From: Catajapyx aquilonaris
Lineage: Eukaryota
DNA length: 35,503 bases
NCBI GenBank assembly: GCA_000934665.2
Contig: JYFJ02004047.1
Location: 1 to 35,503, forward strand
Direction: 5' to 3'
Notes under the pieces: model-generated
Database searches by the model: none
Seen by the model: the letters and a program-made list of their open reading frames with translations, nothing else
What the model was told of the DNA's origin: nothing
Made by a program: the position numbers and the translations under genes
In this document: piece by piece, positions 11,303-24,300 of the stretch
How positions within the stretch are numbered: the stretch's first letter is position 1
How the letters are laid out: every line of letters begins with the position of its first letter

Positions 11303-11439
11303 TTAGCTAGTTATTGCGATTCTCTATGGATGTCGTATTTAATTGGCCACTAGAATGCGAATCAATATGTTATCTCATCCTGTGTCTCACCTTTGACCTC
11401 TTTCTATACCGGGTGTAGTGATGCATTTGGCTTTAACCT

Positions 11440-11502
11440 TTGTGAATCGAACTCGGGACATTTCCATTAGTGCTGGTCAACGTATAACCTCTACTTTACC
11501 AA
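11440..11502 (-). mobile_element. Possible degenerate tRNA-SINE head
   Basis: Minus strand reads ggtaaagtagaggtta...gtcccgagttcgattc, with A/B-box-like spacing. Confidence 0.3.
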
Positions 11503-14500
11503 GCAAATCACAGGCTCCTGAGTGTGTTTTCACAACCGCGAAAGGTTGGCGTGTGAACAAACACTTTATTATTTTGTAGAGTGCATGTCTGAAGCTTACA
11601 AAACAAGGGCAATGGGACTTCGTTAAGGGTTGAGACTCAGATTAATGTCTGCACAACCTACGAGGACTCTCCGTTGTTACATTGCGATGAACTCGCACCT
11701 TGTGTGCCTCATGGCAGTGAATTAGAAACGGGCCTCTCTCTTCATTAAGACCCATATTGTCCAGCTGGTGCAGTGTGAGGCATGCCTCTTATAATTTGCA
11801 CCACGGACCTGAGACTGCTTCATATTTAAAATTATAATATTACGTGAGAATATGCACCAGGCAGGATATAACGGTCAACAAAAAATGAACAAGTTGTGCA
11901 TTTTTGTTGATGTACAGTACATCACCGGAAATGGTGAAAATGCCTTGTTCATTATTTATCTGGTATGAAAATGAGGCTTTTCAAAGATTTCCAATGCAAA
12001 AGATAATGTATTTTTTAAGGTCACGTGTCCAATAAGCGCAATAAGCGCCTTACTTTAGGAAAAGGAAGCGGAAGGGATCTCCCTCGCCCTGGAATGACAA
12101 TGCGTGACATAAGGACAGCATCAAAATGGCCAAAAAACACATTCACATAGGCTTCTTCATGGACGGTTTCTATATCATTCGAATATAGTGGGATCGAACC
12201 CAATCTGTCGGCCACAATGAGAGCCACAGTTGCTGTTAGTTTACTTGCCTTGACCCTTGCGTTCTTTCATGAAAAGTAGAGGACCAAGAATAAGAAACCT
12301 GCTATAAGAAAACTATTTCGATTTCCCTTTTTCGTCGGAGAAAACATATCTTCCAGCATAGAGGACGGAAAAAAACGAGTTTTCTATACGACGACGCGAC
12401 GCGACGTACTAGCCTATGAGTGGTCTCTCCTGTAATATATTCATCACCTGTATTCGCATGTATAGAAACTTTATTTCCTTCACCATATAGTGTGTACTCT
12501 TATGAAGACTGAATGATTTTAAATTATTTGTCGAACACGTACAGCAATCTTTATACACAAGAAGGTGGTATGCGGGATAATACTCATGTTGTTTCGTGAA
12601 ATGATGACATGTATAATTTCACGAAGTAATAAGGTACACTCCATGGGATATCGGATTCGGCGTGGGCGCTTATGAGGAAAGGATGTCATGCATTTTAATG
12701 GTTACTCTTGGGGAAATACGCTTCATTTTGCGTAGTTTTGTTATACGTCATAATTTTTTGGAACCTATAGGGCTATTCCCACCTGGCATGTAGACCAAAG
12801 GTTTATGGTCGGTAGTTGCCAATCCTCGTCCATGCGAAAGGGGACACGATAAAAAAGTGGCCCCTTACAGATAGATCTCGTGGTGTTCTCATTGACCTTT
12901 TTAAACTTGAATAATAAATCAGCTTTGGGTCAACATTTGCATACGATAAATTACCGGATCCTGAACGACTCGAGGGACAACGCACGTTATAACTAATTCC
13001 ACCGAAGCTTTGCATTAGTGATCTTCATACTACCTGGATAAAATATATTATAAGATATGTTTAAAATGACATTATAAAGCAACCGATAATATAATACTGT
13101 ATAAACCGCACATAACTACTTGAAATTATCGAAAATAAATTATGAACGAAGATTCATATATTTTGATTAGTGTATTTTGTGGTTACTCACATCAGTTTTG
13201 TGGTTGTCAGTATTGTTACAAAGTGTAATATTAAAATCAGAATACATCTATACGGGTAACTAGCAGTTTCAAATCACTTCCCCGCTGTGAAAATCATTAT
13301 TTGCCACACTATTATACACAAGAATCATTATGAGTCACATTTCGTCCAAATCCTTATGCACAGGCCCTTATTGATTGTTTTTACAGCGGAGTTGGGAGGA
13401 TTGTGGGGGAAACTACCATGGGGGAAACTGCCAAGTGAAATGAACGTAATAAGCAACCACCTACAGTATCTCGTCCCACTTGGACTGAATTACTGTTTTT
13501 GAATCATCCTGGAACGCTCACTCATCACTAATCCCTCGACCACCAAGTGCTGTTTATTGGAAGGCAGTTAAGACGTACATTTAAATAAAGCTGTATACTG
13601 TGTATTATGGCTGGAAACAAGTAGGCTAGTGGTAATACTGCTCTCTCGGCCTGAAATAAAACCAATTGTCACCAAACTCATGCAAAGCTGACGAGAGCTC
13701 TTTCAGGCGAGTCGGTATTATAGAAAAAACTTTTACCCAGATTTTCATATAGGGGTGGCGACGTACAAAAATGAGGAGTTGGGATGTCTTAATACAGCAC
13801 AGTACAACCGGCCCTTACATCATTATAATTATACCACAGTTACATTTCCCTACAGGAAGAGTTAAATAGGCAGGCAGTTACGGAAAATGTTTGTTTATAA
13901 TGGTAAAATACCATTGCGAGACAAATCAGGGAGTGACTTGATCATTGGCACACCTTTTTGGAAAACCTATGAAGCTATATTCAGTGTAGGCCTACTAATG
14001 ATTCAAATTGGTTACATCAGTCTTTGCAGGGGTGTGCTGAAAACATTAGTCTGGCATTCGCGAAGGTGCGTGCAGGGTGCGTGACATGTAGAGAGAAGGT
14101 TCAATAAAGGAGAATATCAGTGTGATATTACAGGATGGCCAAAAATCTACAGGAAGTTTCATTATAATCCACTTCATGGTTTTAAAAAATGTGGCCCTTA
14201 GCGACTCATTCACCCCAGGGTCATCGACGCCTTGGGAAATGTGTAAAGAAACGAGTTCCTCAGATAATGCTTCAATCTATTGCTTTCAGAAGCAGCAACG
14301 TTCTGTTGGCAGTTAAGTTTACGAGTAACAGGTAGACCATTTGATTCACTTTTGCTTTCATGTTATACCTGCTGGCCCAGACAATATGGCACAATTTCGC
14401 AGCCATTACTTTTGTACACTCCACATGCACAAAATTGTGACATCTCTCATTATCTTCACTTGCTTTAGACGTACCAGACCTGAGGAACTTTCCATGTCGC

Positions 14501-15965
14501 ATCAGGGTCTGGCAAACCGGGAAAAAAGCGTCAGATAATCGCGAAGTGCATGGTGTACGAGAGATTCGCAAGTGGAGCTTGCACATTGTAAACCAGTTAT
14601 GGAAGGTGCGTAATAGGATTTGAACGTTTTAGCAGGAAGGAAACAGGGTGTCGTAAAGGGCCGGGGAACAATCTTTTGAGCCGCCTCTTCTGCAGCTCTA
14701 TCTTCTAGGTAGGGTAGTCTCTAAGCCGTATAATGGTTTATGAGGCAGCCTAGATTACTGAAACTTGCGAAACTTTGCACGTAGACGGAGAAAAGTTATA
14801 AGTGGAGTCTTTATTTCCGGACTTTCATTGCTACGCCATTTGTAGGCTTCTAGATAAAAAGCCCCCGCCGTTCCTCTTTTTTTGCCAAAGTTCAGCTAGG
14901 GTCATCCGGAGGGATATTTGTAATGTCTCTTTTTTTTCTTGTTACCTTCCCCATACCTTACATCCAGATTTTTGTGCAGAGGTATAGCAAATCAATCTCC
15001 GCTTTTATAACGACGTGTTTAGTAACGGCAATGTGGACTGTTCGATTGGAAGAACCTAGAAATCAAAATCCATTTCGGCACATGTGTTCAGGAGCAATCG
15101 GAATGAGTTGGGGCGAGAGAGAAAAAAAATCATTTTCAATTTTTTAAGTATTTGTCGCTGACGTTTAGGAGTTTGTCGTGCGGAAGACAGGTAATTGGGG
15201 AATGTGATTAGGAGCTAGAATTCCGGTAAATTGAATTCGCAATCACATCTAATGAAAAGCAGCTTTGAAAAGATCAATTATGCTACAGACTGTGACAGTC
15301 GTTTATAAATTGTAGCCTCGTTGGACAATATTACAGTGTCAGGTTTTAGAGACGCAACGACAGACATGTTGACAATTAAAGCAGTTATATTATCTCGTAA
15401 GTGGTAAAGCGGTTTGCTTCTAGCTTTTTTTTTTTGCCCCTCTGCCCTCTGTCCCTTATTATGAATGCGTTAATGAAATTACCATACCACACTCACATTG
15501 CCAAAGGCAATTAGTTTTGAATGCATTGTTAGCATTATCAGAGTGTAGTGGCATTACAAAAGCAATTAGTTCCGAAACATAAAGCTTTCCAGATTCAACT
15601 TCAGCCGTATAATTTACGGTACGGGGTGACGAAAGCAGAGGCGCCATCCTCCAACAGGTTCTAATTAAAACAGCGCCACTTGCATCTTTTACACATTCAC
15701 AAGGATGGAAAGTCCAGCTAATGATCCAACTCTTTTGTGGGTGAGTATTGGCGGCGAATGAAAATATGCATTAACTGGTTCAATAGTTGGTTTACATCTA
15801 GACGAGTACTGTAATCATAAATCTGAGAGAGGCTAATTGCAGGAACTGCATATACGGTACGGTATTTCAAGAGTTGAACCAAAGTAGTCATTACAATAAT
15901 TTAGAGTTGGCCTAATTTGTAGTAGGCCTAATTATCCAAATGTGCCAATAACGTTGCCTGGATGC

Positions 15966-16043
<78 letters not shown>

Positions 16044-16067
16044 GTAATAATGACAACAACTAATAAT
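15966..16067. repeat. (AAT)n microsatellite with degenerate 3' end
   Basis: Directly visible. Confidence 0.97.
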
Positions 16068-17889
16068 GCTGTGAAACATACTGAGCAAACTAACTTAAAC
16101 ATATGGTCTTGATTCAGCAGAATCTTGTCCATCAGGATTTGTCTTGTTCCATCGGTATTTTTTCCGTTCCATGTATACTAATTTAAACGAAGAAAATAAT
16201 CTGTTCATATAGATATTTTTGCAGAAGGAGCGATTCCGCTATAGGAAGGCTTTACTAAATAACACCTGCTTCTTGATTTGATGCATTCAGGAAAATTTTT
16301 AATCCGGAGTATTAAACTATTAATCGTGTCACAGGCTACATGCTATTCTGAGCATTGTCTTTGCAATCATTCGTCTGGGCAACTGTTTCCTCCCTAGCAG
16401 AATCCAGAGTAACACAATAAACCATTTGTGAGAACCTTATACTGACTCAATCCCTCTCTCAATTCAAATAGCTCATTTTTATCGATAACTTTAGCGATTT
16501 TTAAGACTATGCAAACTAAAACTAACGCAGTTAGACATTCCAGTGCGGCGGAACCAATGAAAGAGGGAAATGGAAAGAGAGTTGAAGCTTTTGTTGCAAA
16601 GTCTCAATCAAATGAAGTCCTGCGGTTCAGATCTGGAACCCGCCTGGGGCTGGGTCTAGGCATAGGGCTCAATCATCCTCAGTGATGTGAAGGCAGGATG
16701 AGAGTAAGGGCACAGGGTATCTCTGGTGTGGGTGCGCCGAGATTGCTATGCCAAAGAGGTGATCTCATATATCGTAGTTTGTTGTTGACAGCAGGATGCG
16801 ACATTGATTCTAAGAAGTCTTCCTTGAAACCTTCCCATTAGCTTTACCTAGATAAATTCTCTTGTGATATTTTAAGGCAACATTCGTATTATAATTTGAA
16901 GTAAAGAATGGAACAGGGAAGGAAAGAAACACGTTGTATTGGTGAAGTCGTTGGAAGAAGGGTGCATTTTGCATATTTCACACTTGTGATCTAATTCACT
17001 CCATTTATTTACACACACATTATTGACCACATACACTGGTGAATGCTGTGAAGATAATAATTGACAGACTCCCATCATTTTTATCGTATTTTATGATACA
17101 AGATTTCAAACAGATGGATCTCGAAATCTAGGGCGAACAGAGTCATTATAGAATTATTTTGAGACGGATAGTTTCAGAAGGTCTTTTTCCTTTATGTGTG
17201 GGATCGATTTTTTCCAAACTATTTCCTAAGGGACTGTAATATATTTCTCTAGGCAGTCTAGCATAAACCTGACTTGATCATCATAAGTACGCTTAGAGGA
17301 CCACATTAGACTATGCTCAATGTCTAACTCATTTGCGACCAAATATGACATTAATCGGTTCGGCAAATCAATTCTTCAGATAAGATTTTTGTACCCATTT
17401 TTTATCAGTAGATCTTTATTTCTCTACCACAAAATTGATACTATAAATAAAGAAAAGTATAGCGCGTAATAAAAAATTTGATCGCATCAATCCCATTGAG
17501 TCCATCGACATTAAGTAATACAAACTTTTCCTCTTTTGCAAAGCACACATCTCAAAAAACGTTACCCCGCCCCCTCAATTGATTGCAACAAATGCTTGTT
17601 TTCTGTACATTCTCCTGAATAGTCAATATGAAAATCCTGTAGACGTACAGTACGTATGAGGTATAGCTTCATCAGATAATCCTCCTGATTCAGCTTTTGT
17701 AAACATCCTATAACAATTTGAAGCTCTGCATATAGGCCCCTCTGCTTATCCATCGAACTGGTCTAATAGTCCTGGGCATCGCTGCCCAGTTGGCCAGGGT
17801 TGCGGGTACAGCAAGGGGGGCGTTGACACGAAACACGTCTAGCACAGCACTACCCTGGCACAATGTGCTAGAAAAGGTGTAGTGCGCTG

Positions 17890-17975
17890 GTGCATCGGCG
17901 GGCGTCGGCGCCATAGAGAGGCGCCTATAAGGCAGGAGGTGGCGCCTAAGGCAGTAGAACAGTCGGCGCCGCACA
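17890..17975 (+). promoter_or_regulatory. Putative core promoter of the signal-peptide gene
   Basis: CpG/GC-rich patch with a TATAAG box at 17926, CAGT initiator-like motifs about 27 and 35 nt downstream, four GGCGCC sites, roughly 200 nt upstream of the ATG. Confidence 0.4.
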
Positions 17976-18122
17976 GGAAAGCTAGTTGGACATCACTTTC
18001 CCCTGCTCTCTCAATCACCAACTTTGTACAACCACATGCACTTGTAGACAATATCCCCCACCCACCACCCGAGACTGCATATCCCTGTTTTTTTATTGCT
18101 GATTTCCCTGCAATTGTTGAAG

Positions 18123-18216
18123 ATGGCCATGCCGGAAGGTCACCGGACTGCCCTGGCACGTGCTGTGTTGCCCACGTTGCTGTTCCTCACTACCATCGTC
18201 TGCGCTGCGCATGCAG
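18123..18216 (+). CDS. First coding exon of a secreted or membrane protein (signal peptide MAMPEGHRTALARAVLPTLLFLTTIVCAAHA)
   Basis: ATG in aagATGG context, 31 codons + 1 nt, hydrophobic core VLPTLLFLTTIVC, A-X-A cleavage motif (AHA), and a perfect donor CAG|GTAAGT in phase 1. No downstream exon could be identified. Confidence 0.7.
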
Positions 18217-21187
18217 GTAAGTTTTAGGATTTTTTCAACAATGTATGCAGTGCACAAGGGTTGTCACCGGCCTTCGTTGAGGCAGCATTGGACTACTGGC
18301 TTGACAAAAAGTCGGAGTCACGCTGTAAATAATTGGCGGGCATCGTCTCTAGAGTAAAATGAGTCGTCATTATTTTGGTATACACATTTTTCTCTGATTT
18401 AACAAAATATTGGTGTTGGTATTTTTAGTTGCATTTGAATTTGCAATAATGTAGGAAAAGTCGGCATTTTGTAGCGGGAAGAAAGGTAGGCTCATACGAT
18501 AATTAAAAGTAGCTTAGTAGCGTAGTAATTACTTAAAACTAGTTAATGATCAGTTGGCTAGCAAGTAATTATGATAAGCCGCACTGTCGCTTCGTGTAAA
18601 TCGCGTCGTTGAGGAAAGTGTGAACTCCCGCCGCACTTGTCCAAATGTATCACTAGCGCTGCTACTTCGGATATTAATCATACTATGCATCTCCAAGTAG
18701 TGTCCCCACAGACTCGCACAAACACCCCTTTCGAAACTGCGATTCCGGTAGAAAATAAAATTCTCAAACAAGTTTTGATTACCGTGTTATGTACTTTTAA
18801 AAATTCGAAAAAAATCGATTATTTCAATATTTGACGTTGGTTTTCCAATAATACGGTACCGTAGTACGGTACTTACTTGCACCGCTATTTCATTCCATCA
18901 TATTATATCCGGCCAATCCTGGACAAATATGTTTCTTGACCTCATGCTCTATCTAGTTGGCAAAATCTGGTGTTCTGAAGCACGCTCAGGTGGGAGTTGC
19001 TCCAGTATGCTCCAGTAGGCTTGAAGAAAATGTTGAGGATGACCTCTCACCGCAAAAAGTGATAAACATGGCAATACTTACTGTGCCATTTTATGTAAGG
19101 CCTTTCATGGCATCCATGCCCATTTCTTGGTCAGTGTGGTATCATAAAAACGAATCCCAGTAGGTTAATTCGAGTGTTGGTACAGGTAAGATTATTACAT
19201 AGACAAGTGGTGGTAAAATGTCACGGTCGCATTGCGGTAGCGTTCTTCAGCGAGAAGTCCCTTATATGACACTGGAAGTAGGAAACTTGAGTCCTTTCAA
19301 AATTTTCCAAGAAAAAAGGGTCGGTATGATATCTTCTTTTTTTCTCATTTTAAAATTCCATATAACGCCCAGTATTCGGTTGGATTTAATTTTTCCAAGT
19401 TTAATACCCGTTCGAAATATTTTAGAGTGCACTCTACTGCTTACGCGGATGTGCAAGATATGCAAGTGGACACACCGAGAGTGTATTAATATTAAGTTCT
19501 ACTTATAAGTTCTACTGTATATTTTAGTAATTTGAGGATTCGTCGCTTGTAACCGTAACATACATCAATTTCCCGGGAGTTTATTTGCTGATATACTGTA
19601 CACATACAGTTAAGTTGGCAATTTGCATGGCGAAATACACATTAAGCAAAGCGGCACTTCCAACAATAGACCTTGGGAGAAGTTACGGATTGTTTCCTCA
19701 AAACTGTTGCTTGGAGTAAACAATCCACAACTTCTCTCCCGGCCTCATTGTTAAAGGTGTTCCATTGGCAAAGGCTTCATCCTGTAGTCCATCCAAATGA
19801 CTAACGTACACAGCAAGAATAGATTGTTACAGACCTAGGCTATCCATGCATAATGAACATGATTGAGATGAGCAAAAAAGAAGCTCTCGTTTTTTTTTGT
19901 GGACTTCATTTGAAGCGTACTTTTCAATGCATGCCTGCGAATTACAAAGGGACTTGTTTGCCCTTGCTCCTGGCACAAGAATGATTTTCTACCATCCCAA
20001 CGGAGCAGTTCCGAGCAAACCTTAATGGGATTCTCTCGCTGTGCACGTTTAAAAATGTATCGAAGGTGTACAAGATCGGAGGCAAATTCGATCTTTGCCG
20101 CCTTTCATGCCAATGGAAGTCAATTGTTTTGTGCGCCCAGGGAGATGGCGCAGGTAAAGGAGGACGGAGAAGCAAAGAATCGATATTTAATTTTTTATCC
20201 CAATGGTAATGCTTTTTGGGAGATGGAACGGGCCCAGAATTTCAAATGCAACACCTAATTCAACAAGGCGCGTTTAGTGTTTGCGTGTGTGTTGCGCAGG
20301 TTTTTGTTACATAAAGATGCGCAATCTTAGAGCGAATCCAAAGTCTGAATCATTAATCGGAAGCAAACGGCTGCATGAACGTAAATTTCAGGTGGATGTT
20401 GCACCACTGAGAATACGGTGCGTGTGAGGCCACTTGAGACCTGAGCAACGTTTTCATAATGCACTTCTTTACACTTAGTGTAGTAGGTGTTGCTAGCTCG
20501 TTTGTAATTTATATCTAGGCCCTTTCTAAACTTGCAAGAATTTCTTGTGGGAGGGTAGGGTGGGGGGGAGTGTGGAAAGTACGGCCAAGATTTATGGCAT
20601 GAAGCACTTCCCGGACTTTGTGCAATTTCGCTATTTCTTAAATGAGATTCCGTTCCGAACATTCGCACGGTACAAAAGTCGCAGTTTCCTCCCTTTGCTT
20701 TAGCAACTCCCCGTCATTTCTCCCGAGGAAAGGAATATTTTAGTGCCACTGTCTTCCTCGGGAACCATTTGCATTCATATCACTTGTCATGCGTGTCGCC
20801 GGGGTTTTCTGCGAGATTTCTTTTGCCTCTACGTTCTGTTCTCACAAGCTTTTTTTTTTTCTCCCCCTCCCCTTATACATACGAACGGAAGGGGAGTTTA
20901 ACAGTGACAAATTTACTTTTTGACATTTTTAAAATGCTCTTATTGTTCCTAAGGAATCCAGTGAACTGGTCTTGGCTTTTGAGGAGTAGGATTTTCCTTT
21001 GAGGTCAGATTCAAGTGACTTTTACATTTTGTTTCGGAGTGGTGTTCTACATACAGTAAATCCACGTCGCTTAGTCTAGAATTTTATGTAGCTGATATTT
21101 TCAGTAATAAATGCAGCTGTTAGCGTTCAAGCGGGTTTTTGTCAGCGTATATAGCCTCACATTTCTTGCTCACTAATCAGAAATATA

Positions 21188-21491
21188 CAGTGGTAGACCT
21201 ACCCCTGTTATCCGTGGTAATTGGTTCCAAGCCCACTCCACCCCCCAAGCGGATAAGTGAAACCGAACCATAAATTATACGTTTTTAACATGCCTACGAT
21301 ACAGTATGATTCCAAAATAATTAAGGCATCGGCAAAAATTAATATAAAACATAGTTATGGCAATGGAGCAGTACACTGCAACAAAAATGTTTGCTGGATT
21401 TTAAAAGTTTAATATAATTTTTAAACAGTTATTTTACACCGGTATTTTAAAACTGCTAATAACGAAGCCGCGGAAAACCGGTTTTTCACTA
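21188..21491. mobile_element. Old pogo/Tigger-like MITE
   Basis: TA|cagtggtagacctacccctgttatccgtgg..ggttccaag start; end aaactgctaataacgaagccgcggaaaaccggtttttcacta|ta; ttatccgtgg/gcggataa subterminal motifs. Confidence 0.6.
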
Positions 21492-22122
21492 TATAGGATT
21501 ATTGCTTTTGTTACATATTTGGGTTGTCTCTGTGTGCATGCGTCTGTGACATAAAGTACCGATAAATAAACTTCATTGTAAAGAACGCACGCACCAGGAG
21601 TCGGTTCAAATCAGTCTAGCTGTAGAGCCGTCATACAATGATCTGTAATGGGAGGCAAAAACTAGTGCAAAAGCTAGTGGTGGTAAGCGGCCGCATGTCA
21701 TGTGAGATGAAGAGGAATGCAGCAAGCCATTCTTGTGGTTCCTCGTTACCGCTAGATAGCCCTTCAATTAGCGACAAGCCGTGATGTAAATGACTGTATG
21801 CAGGCTTACATGAAACCGAGCCTTCCAATGTCTTCTAATGAGAGTGTCCGTATAGGGTTTGGCCCTATAAGCTGCTTTATTCCGCAATTTACTTTAGAAC
21901 TGTTATTCTTAATATCAGATGCTTATATTAGGTGGACAAGACTCTTTTTTTTTGTAACATTGTATGAAAGATTTACGAGAACCCTACACTGTTAGTGAAC
22001 GTATACTTTAGTTGTATACGAAACTTTTTTGATCGCGGCCCTAAAAGCAATCTTTTACAATATCGGTGATCCATATAGGGCTGGTAGGCCTACATTCTTT
22101 GAAACGAAAATCCATACAGTAA

Positions 22123-22243
22123 TGATGGTTCTCAAACTTTGTTGACTGTGGCACAGCGCTTAACCTTCGAAATGAGGAAACTATCCTGCGTAAGGTCTAT
22201 AAGGAAAGGACTTGCTTAGCTCAGAAAAGTTTGCGGTACCCTG
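22123..22243. mobile_element. Possible degenerate hAT (Charlie-like) MITE
   Basis: gatggttctcaaacttt ... aaaagtttgcggtaccctg resemble Charlie-type termini; no TSD seen. Confidence 0.3.
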
Positions 22244-24265
22244 ATGGGCCACTGCGGACTCTTCATTTGCTAAGACTGCACAATTACTTTCATTTGAAAA
22301 TGCAGAATTCTTCCTGCGAATCATAGTGGAAGAGATATACGCGACCGAGACTTAAACTTTTCGAGTTCCAGACCGACATGTGTCCAACATAAGGTAAGAA
22401 ACTGCTGAATTATGTTTTTGGTTGAAGGAGAACCAAGATGCCACCCAGTGAAGTGACGAGTCGTGTTTGGTAGAGAGTATGTCTTAATTGTGTAGAAGGG
22501 TTATCGAGCTAAGTATTGGCTATAGGTAAGTATTAAATGCTGTACAACTATGTTCTACCAATATTGTACTGTACGTGACAACATCCTCATATTATTATTC
22601 TTGCCTTTTCAAAATGTCATTTTTGGTGTCTCACCAGCTCGACTCGCATGACAATCACATGCCTGCAGGTATCTCGGATGATGTGAGGTGAATAGACAAT
22701 GTCACGTGTAGTATATGGGGTACAAAATATGATAGTTTTTGCATCGCCTATCCACATGATGATTCCGGCTCTCTAAGGGGAACTATCTCTCGCTCGAGCC
22801 ATCGCCCGCCCTAAAAAACAGGCTATGCGCCCATCATATAAGTTACCAAATGAATCGAGGCCATGTCGGACATGTGGCCAATGGAATCACGCCAAAGGAG
22901 TCCCAATGTTGCCTATTTGTCTAATGACTGTGGAAAGGGAAATGATACGGCTCCACTCTTGTAGGCTCATCTGTTTATTTTTTTCCCCTCCTAGGTTTCC
23001 AAGCTACGGTATAATGACCATCAGGAAAAGGGGTGAGGGGGTGGGTGAGGTGGATATGGAGCCAAAAGCGCTTCCTAATGTACAATTCCTAGTCACTGCA
23101 TGACTACACGTTCATAATTCAGAGGAGGAATAATAGAGCAGGGAATGTTGGTTGACTTCCTAATGTGGCCGAGCCTGGCAGAAATTAGGGATTCTGATGG
23201 GAGTATTTAGAACGATAACGAACATCGTGTGAAAACGGATAACTTTCTTAATTGTGTATACTTTGCCTGTGGAATTTGAGCAACGGAGGTAGAAAGGAGA
23301 AGGAGGGGGGGGGGGAGTGTTTTCTTTATTAGGCGGTAAAACGTGGGTTGACGCATGGCGCAAATTAGCACTTGTAATCTCCAGACGTGCATAGGAAGGC
23401 TTGCTATGGGCATTTCTTTTCGAAAATTTTGGGCCCAGAGTTTATATGCGGAGGGTGTATCAGCATCAAACTTTTTTTTTCCTGCAGTCGAACGATCGCA
23501 GTATTGTGACTTGACGTGATTGAAGTTTCATATGCTATATAGCCTGCTACCATCAATCGTGAACGAGGGATTGCATGCTTGCCGGATGCAGTTTAGCGAA
23601 AAAAAATCCACAGGTTGCTTCATTTTACTGCAAATGCATCGAGAATTTTGTTCGGGTGTATGCGAAAATAGGTGCCTGCTGTATGGCATGATGTGCAAGG
23701 GTGGTCACGTATCTTAGTCAAAAAAAATGTTTCACATGGTAAGAAGAAAATTTTCTTTTTAGTTATTTAAAAGCTTCATTTTAGTTCTATATCAGTATCT
23801 TACAGCTTCTTCAGTGTGGTGTGAGCTGCAATGAAAACCGCAATGTTCTGTCAGGAAAGATTAACACAACATTTATAGTTTCCTAGTGGGGGCATTCAGG
23901 TATCTTTTTAACATGTAACCAGATGCATACAAATTATGCAACCAGAGAATAGTAGACAGACAATGGGCAATAATGACAGCCAACAATGAAACAAACGATA
24001 GGTTTGTGACATCTCCATAGCATTCTCTGGCTGCTCCAATAACACGTGGTTTCAACATGATTTTTCTAACAGTCAAAATCATCACTTGACGTCGCGTCGC
24101 GTCGCCTTCTTCCACAGATAAACTTCACTTTATCAACCTAGCTTCACATCATACGGTAAGAGTTTTTGGTGCAAATGAAAATCATGCTGGAGAACACACA
24201 CAAACCCCTGGATGACTCAATAATTCAGCGCACGTTGCTATTGCTTGGCACAGCCTTGACTTCTC

Positions 24266-24300
24266 TTATTTATTTATTTATTTATTTATTTATTTGTTTA
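24266..24300. repeat. (TTTA)n microsatellite
   Basis: Directly visible. Confidence 0.9.

Noticed and set aside
12021..12227. 68-aa minus-strand ORF
   Set aside because: No recognisable domain; contains a B-box-like ggttcgatccc, so more likely a decayed SINE.
17708..18220. Several 88-112 aa ORFs
   Set aside because: GC-rich promoter/UTR sequence with no recognisable domains; the credible frame is the short signal-peptide exon.
12392..24105. 16-bp inverted match cgacgcgacgcgacgt at about 12392 and 24089
   Set aside because: Low-complexity pentamer repeat with no flanking homology.
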